NCBI GenBank assembly: GCA_944371905.1
Contig: CALVYA010000007.1
Coordinates: 452 to 64,451, forward strand
From: an uncultured Bacilli bacterium
GTDB lineage: Bacteria; Bacillota_I; Bacilli_A; RF39; UBA660
Direction of reading: 5' to 3'
DNA length: 64,000 nucleotides
The stretch's first letter is position 1. Each line of letters starts with the position of its first letter. Shown piece after piece: positions 63,567-64,000 of the stretch. The notes beneath the pieces were generated by a model that was not told the DNA's origin, did no database searches, and worked only from the letters and a program-made list of their open reading frames with translations. The translations under genes and the position numbers were made by a program.

Positions 63567-64000
63567 CTACCTTGTAATAATAATTAATCTTTGTCCTATA
63601 CTTAGCGTATTATCTAATAAATTATTAAGAGATGTAATAGCATCTACGGTAGTATTATAACGTCTTGCAATGGAATATAGGGTATCTCCCGGTTGCACAA
63701 TATAGGTAATAGTAGAAGTATTTTCATTACTAGAAGGGATTTGCAATACTTGCCCGACGCTTAAAATATCGTTAGTTAAATTATTTAGTGCTCTAATAGC
63801 ATCTACGGTAGTATTATAACGTCTTGCAATGGAATATAGGGTATCTCCCGGTTGCACAATATAGGTAATAGTAGAAGTATTTTCATTACTAGAAGGGATT
63901 TGCAATACTTGCCCGATGCTTAAAATATCGTTAGTTAAATTATTTAGTGCTCTAATAGCATCTATGGTAGTATTATAACGTCTTGCAATGGAATATAGAG
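63567..64000 (-). CDS. LysM-repeat protein, 5' end outside the window
   Basis: The frame is open to the window edge (the ORF-track TTG start at 63905 is internal). It has repeated LysM domains YIVQPGDTLYSIARRYNTTVDAI.ALNNL..D.LS.GQ.L.IP separated by SSNENTSTIT linkers. Confidence 0.8.
   Translation of the reverse strand, partial: LYSIARRYNTTIDAIRALNNLTNDILSIGQVLQIPSSNENTSTITYIVQPGDTLYSIARRYNTTVDAIRALNNLTNDILSVGQVLQIPSSNENTSTITYIVQPGDTLYSIARRYNTTVDAITSLNNLLDNTLSIGQRLIIITR
63641..64000 (-). repeat. 159-bp tandem repeat (LysM domain plus linker), 2 full copies plus a partial one
   Basis: Units start at 63641, 63800 and 63959. Copies 1 and 2 differ at a single base by eye (cccgaCgctt vs cccgaTgctt). 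Confidence 0.85.

Noticed and set aside
1-64000. Possibility of Mollicutes-type genetic code (UGA = Trp), given the very low GC and DUF285 proteins.
   Set aside because: Several well-defined genes end at TGA (for example 33800-33802 and 62087-62089). Conserved genes such as pheT, gpr and rnhC are full length under the standard code.

Overview
This is an AT-rich segment (roughly 27-30% GC by eye) from a spore-forming, low-GC Firmicute chromosome. The gene order looks Bacilli/Erysipelotrichia-like: rpsT-gpr-spoIIP, ylbD-ylbE-ylbF-rsmD, RNase HIII and a T-box-controlled pheST. TGA is used as a stop, so the code is 11, not the Mollicutes code. I call about 70 CDS, 6 tRNAs plus one tRNA 3' fragment, one T-box leader, and several hand-found promoters and terminators. 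I found no rRNA, no CRISPR, and no recognisable integrase, transposase or phage genes.

Layout:
- 1-20.9 kb: sporulation and housekeeping genes interleaved with surface-protein and sortase genes.
- 20.96-42.9 kb: a roughly 22 kb accessory stretch bounded by tRNA-Met and tRNA-Gln. It holds XRE, MerR and GntR regulators, flavodoxins, MBL hydrolases, ABC exporters and a RhuM-Fic/Doc protein.
- 42.9-64 kb: GluRS-like gene, TPM/LemA, frr, pheST, the ylb cluster, an SPFH/Tim44-like pair, rnhC, tRNAs and a LysM-repeat gene that runs off the window.

Most interesting observations:
1. Three paralogous surface proteins (1..2240, 6472..7902, 52532..54169) share an N-terminal module that reads like the TasA/camelysin SipW-type signal plus fibre domain. 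They carry different passenger domains. A fourth, distant relative (57986..58933) has a prepilin-like leader instead.
2. A G7 tract, very unusual for this genome, sits in a 19-nt promoter spacer in front of 52532..54169. This is a candidate phase-variable switch.
3. There are two class B sortase paralogs. One has a Lys-rich cytoplasmic extension of about 215 aa and is wedged between rpsT and gpr. The other is convergent with a beta-helix protein ending in an NPSTSD sorting signal.
4. A diverged direct repeat of about 167 bp (tRNA-Met 3' part plus flank) brackets a 1.1 kb three-gene cassette.
5. An ABC ATPase is split exactly at U_UUA_AAA_UAG, so it is either a 1-nt indel or a -1 frameshift site.
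6. tRNA-Gln(CUG) appears to be co-transcribed with an atypical 547-aa GluRS-like enzyme.

All homology statements come from reading the supplied translations against remembered family motifs. Nothing was searched, and coordinates of RNA and regulatory features were counted by hand.
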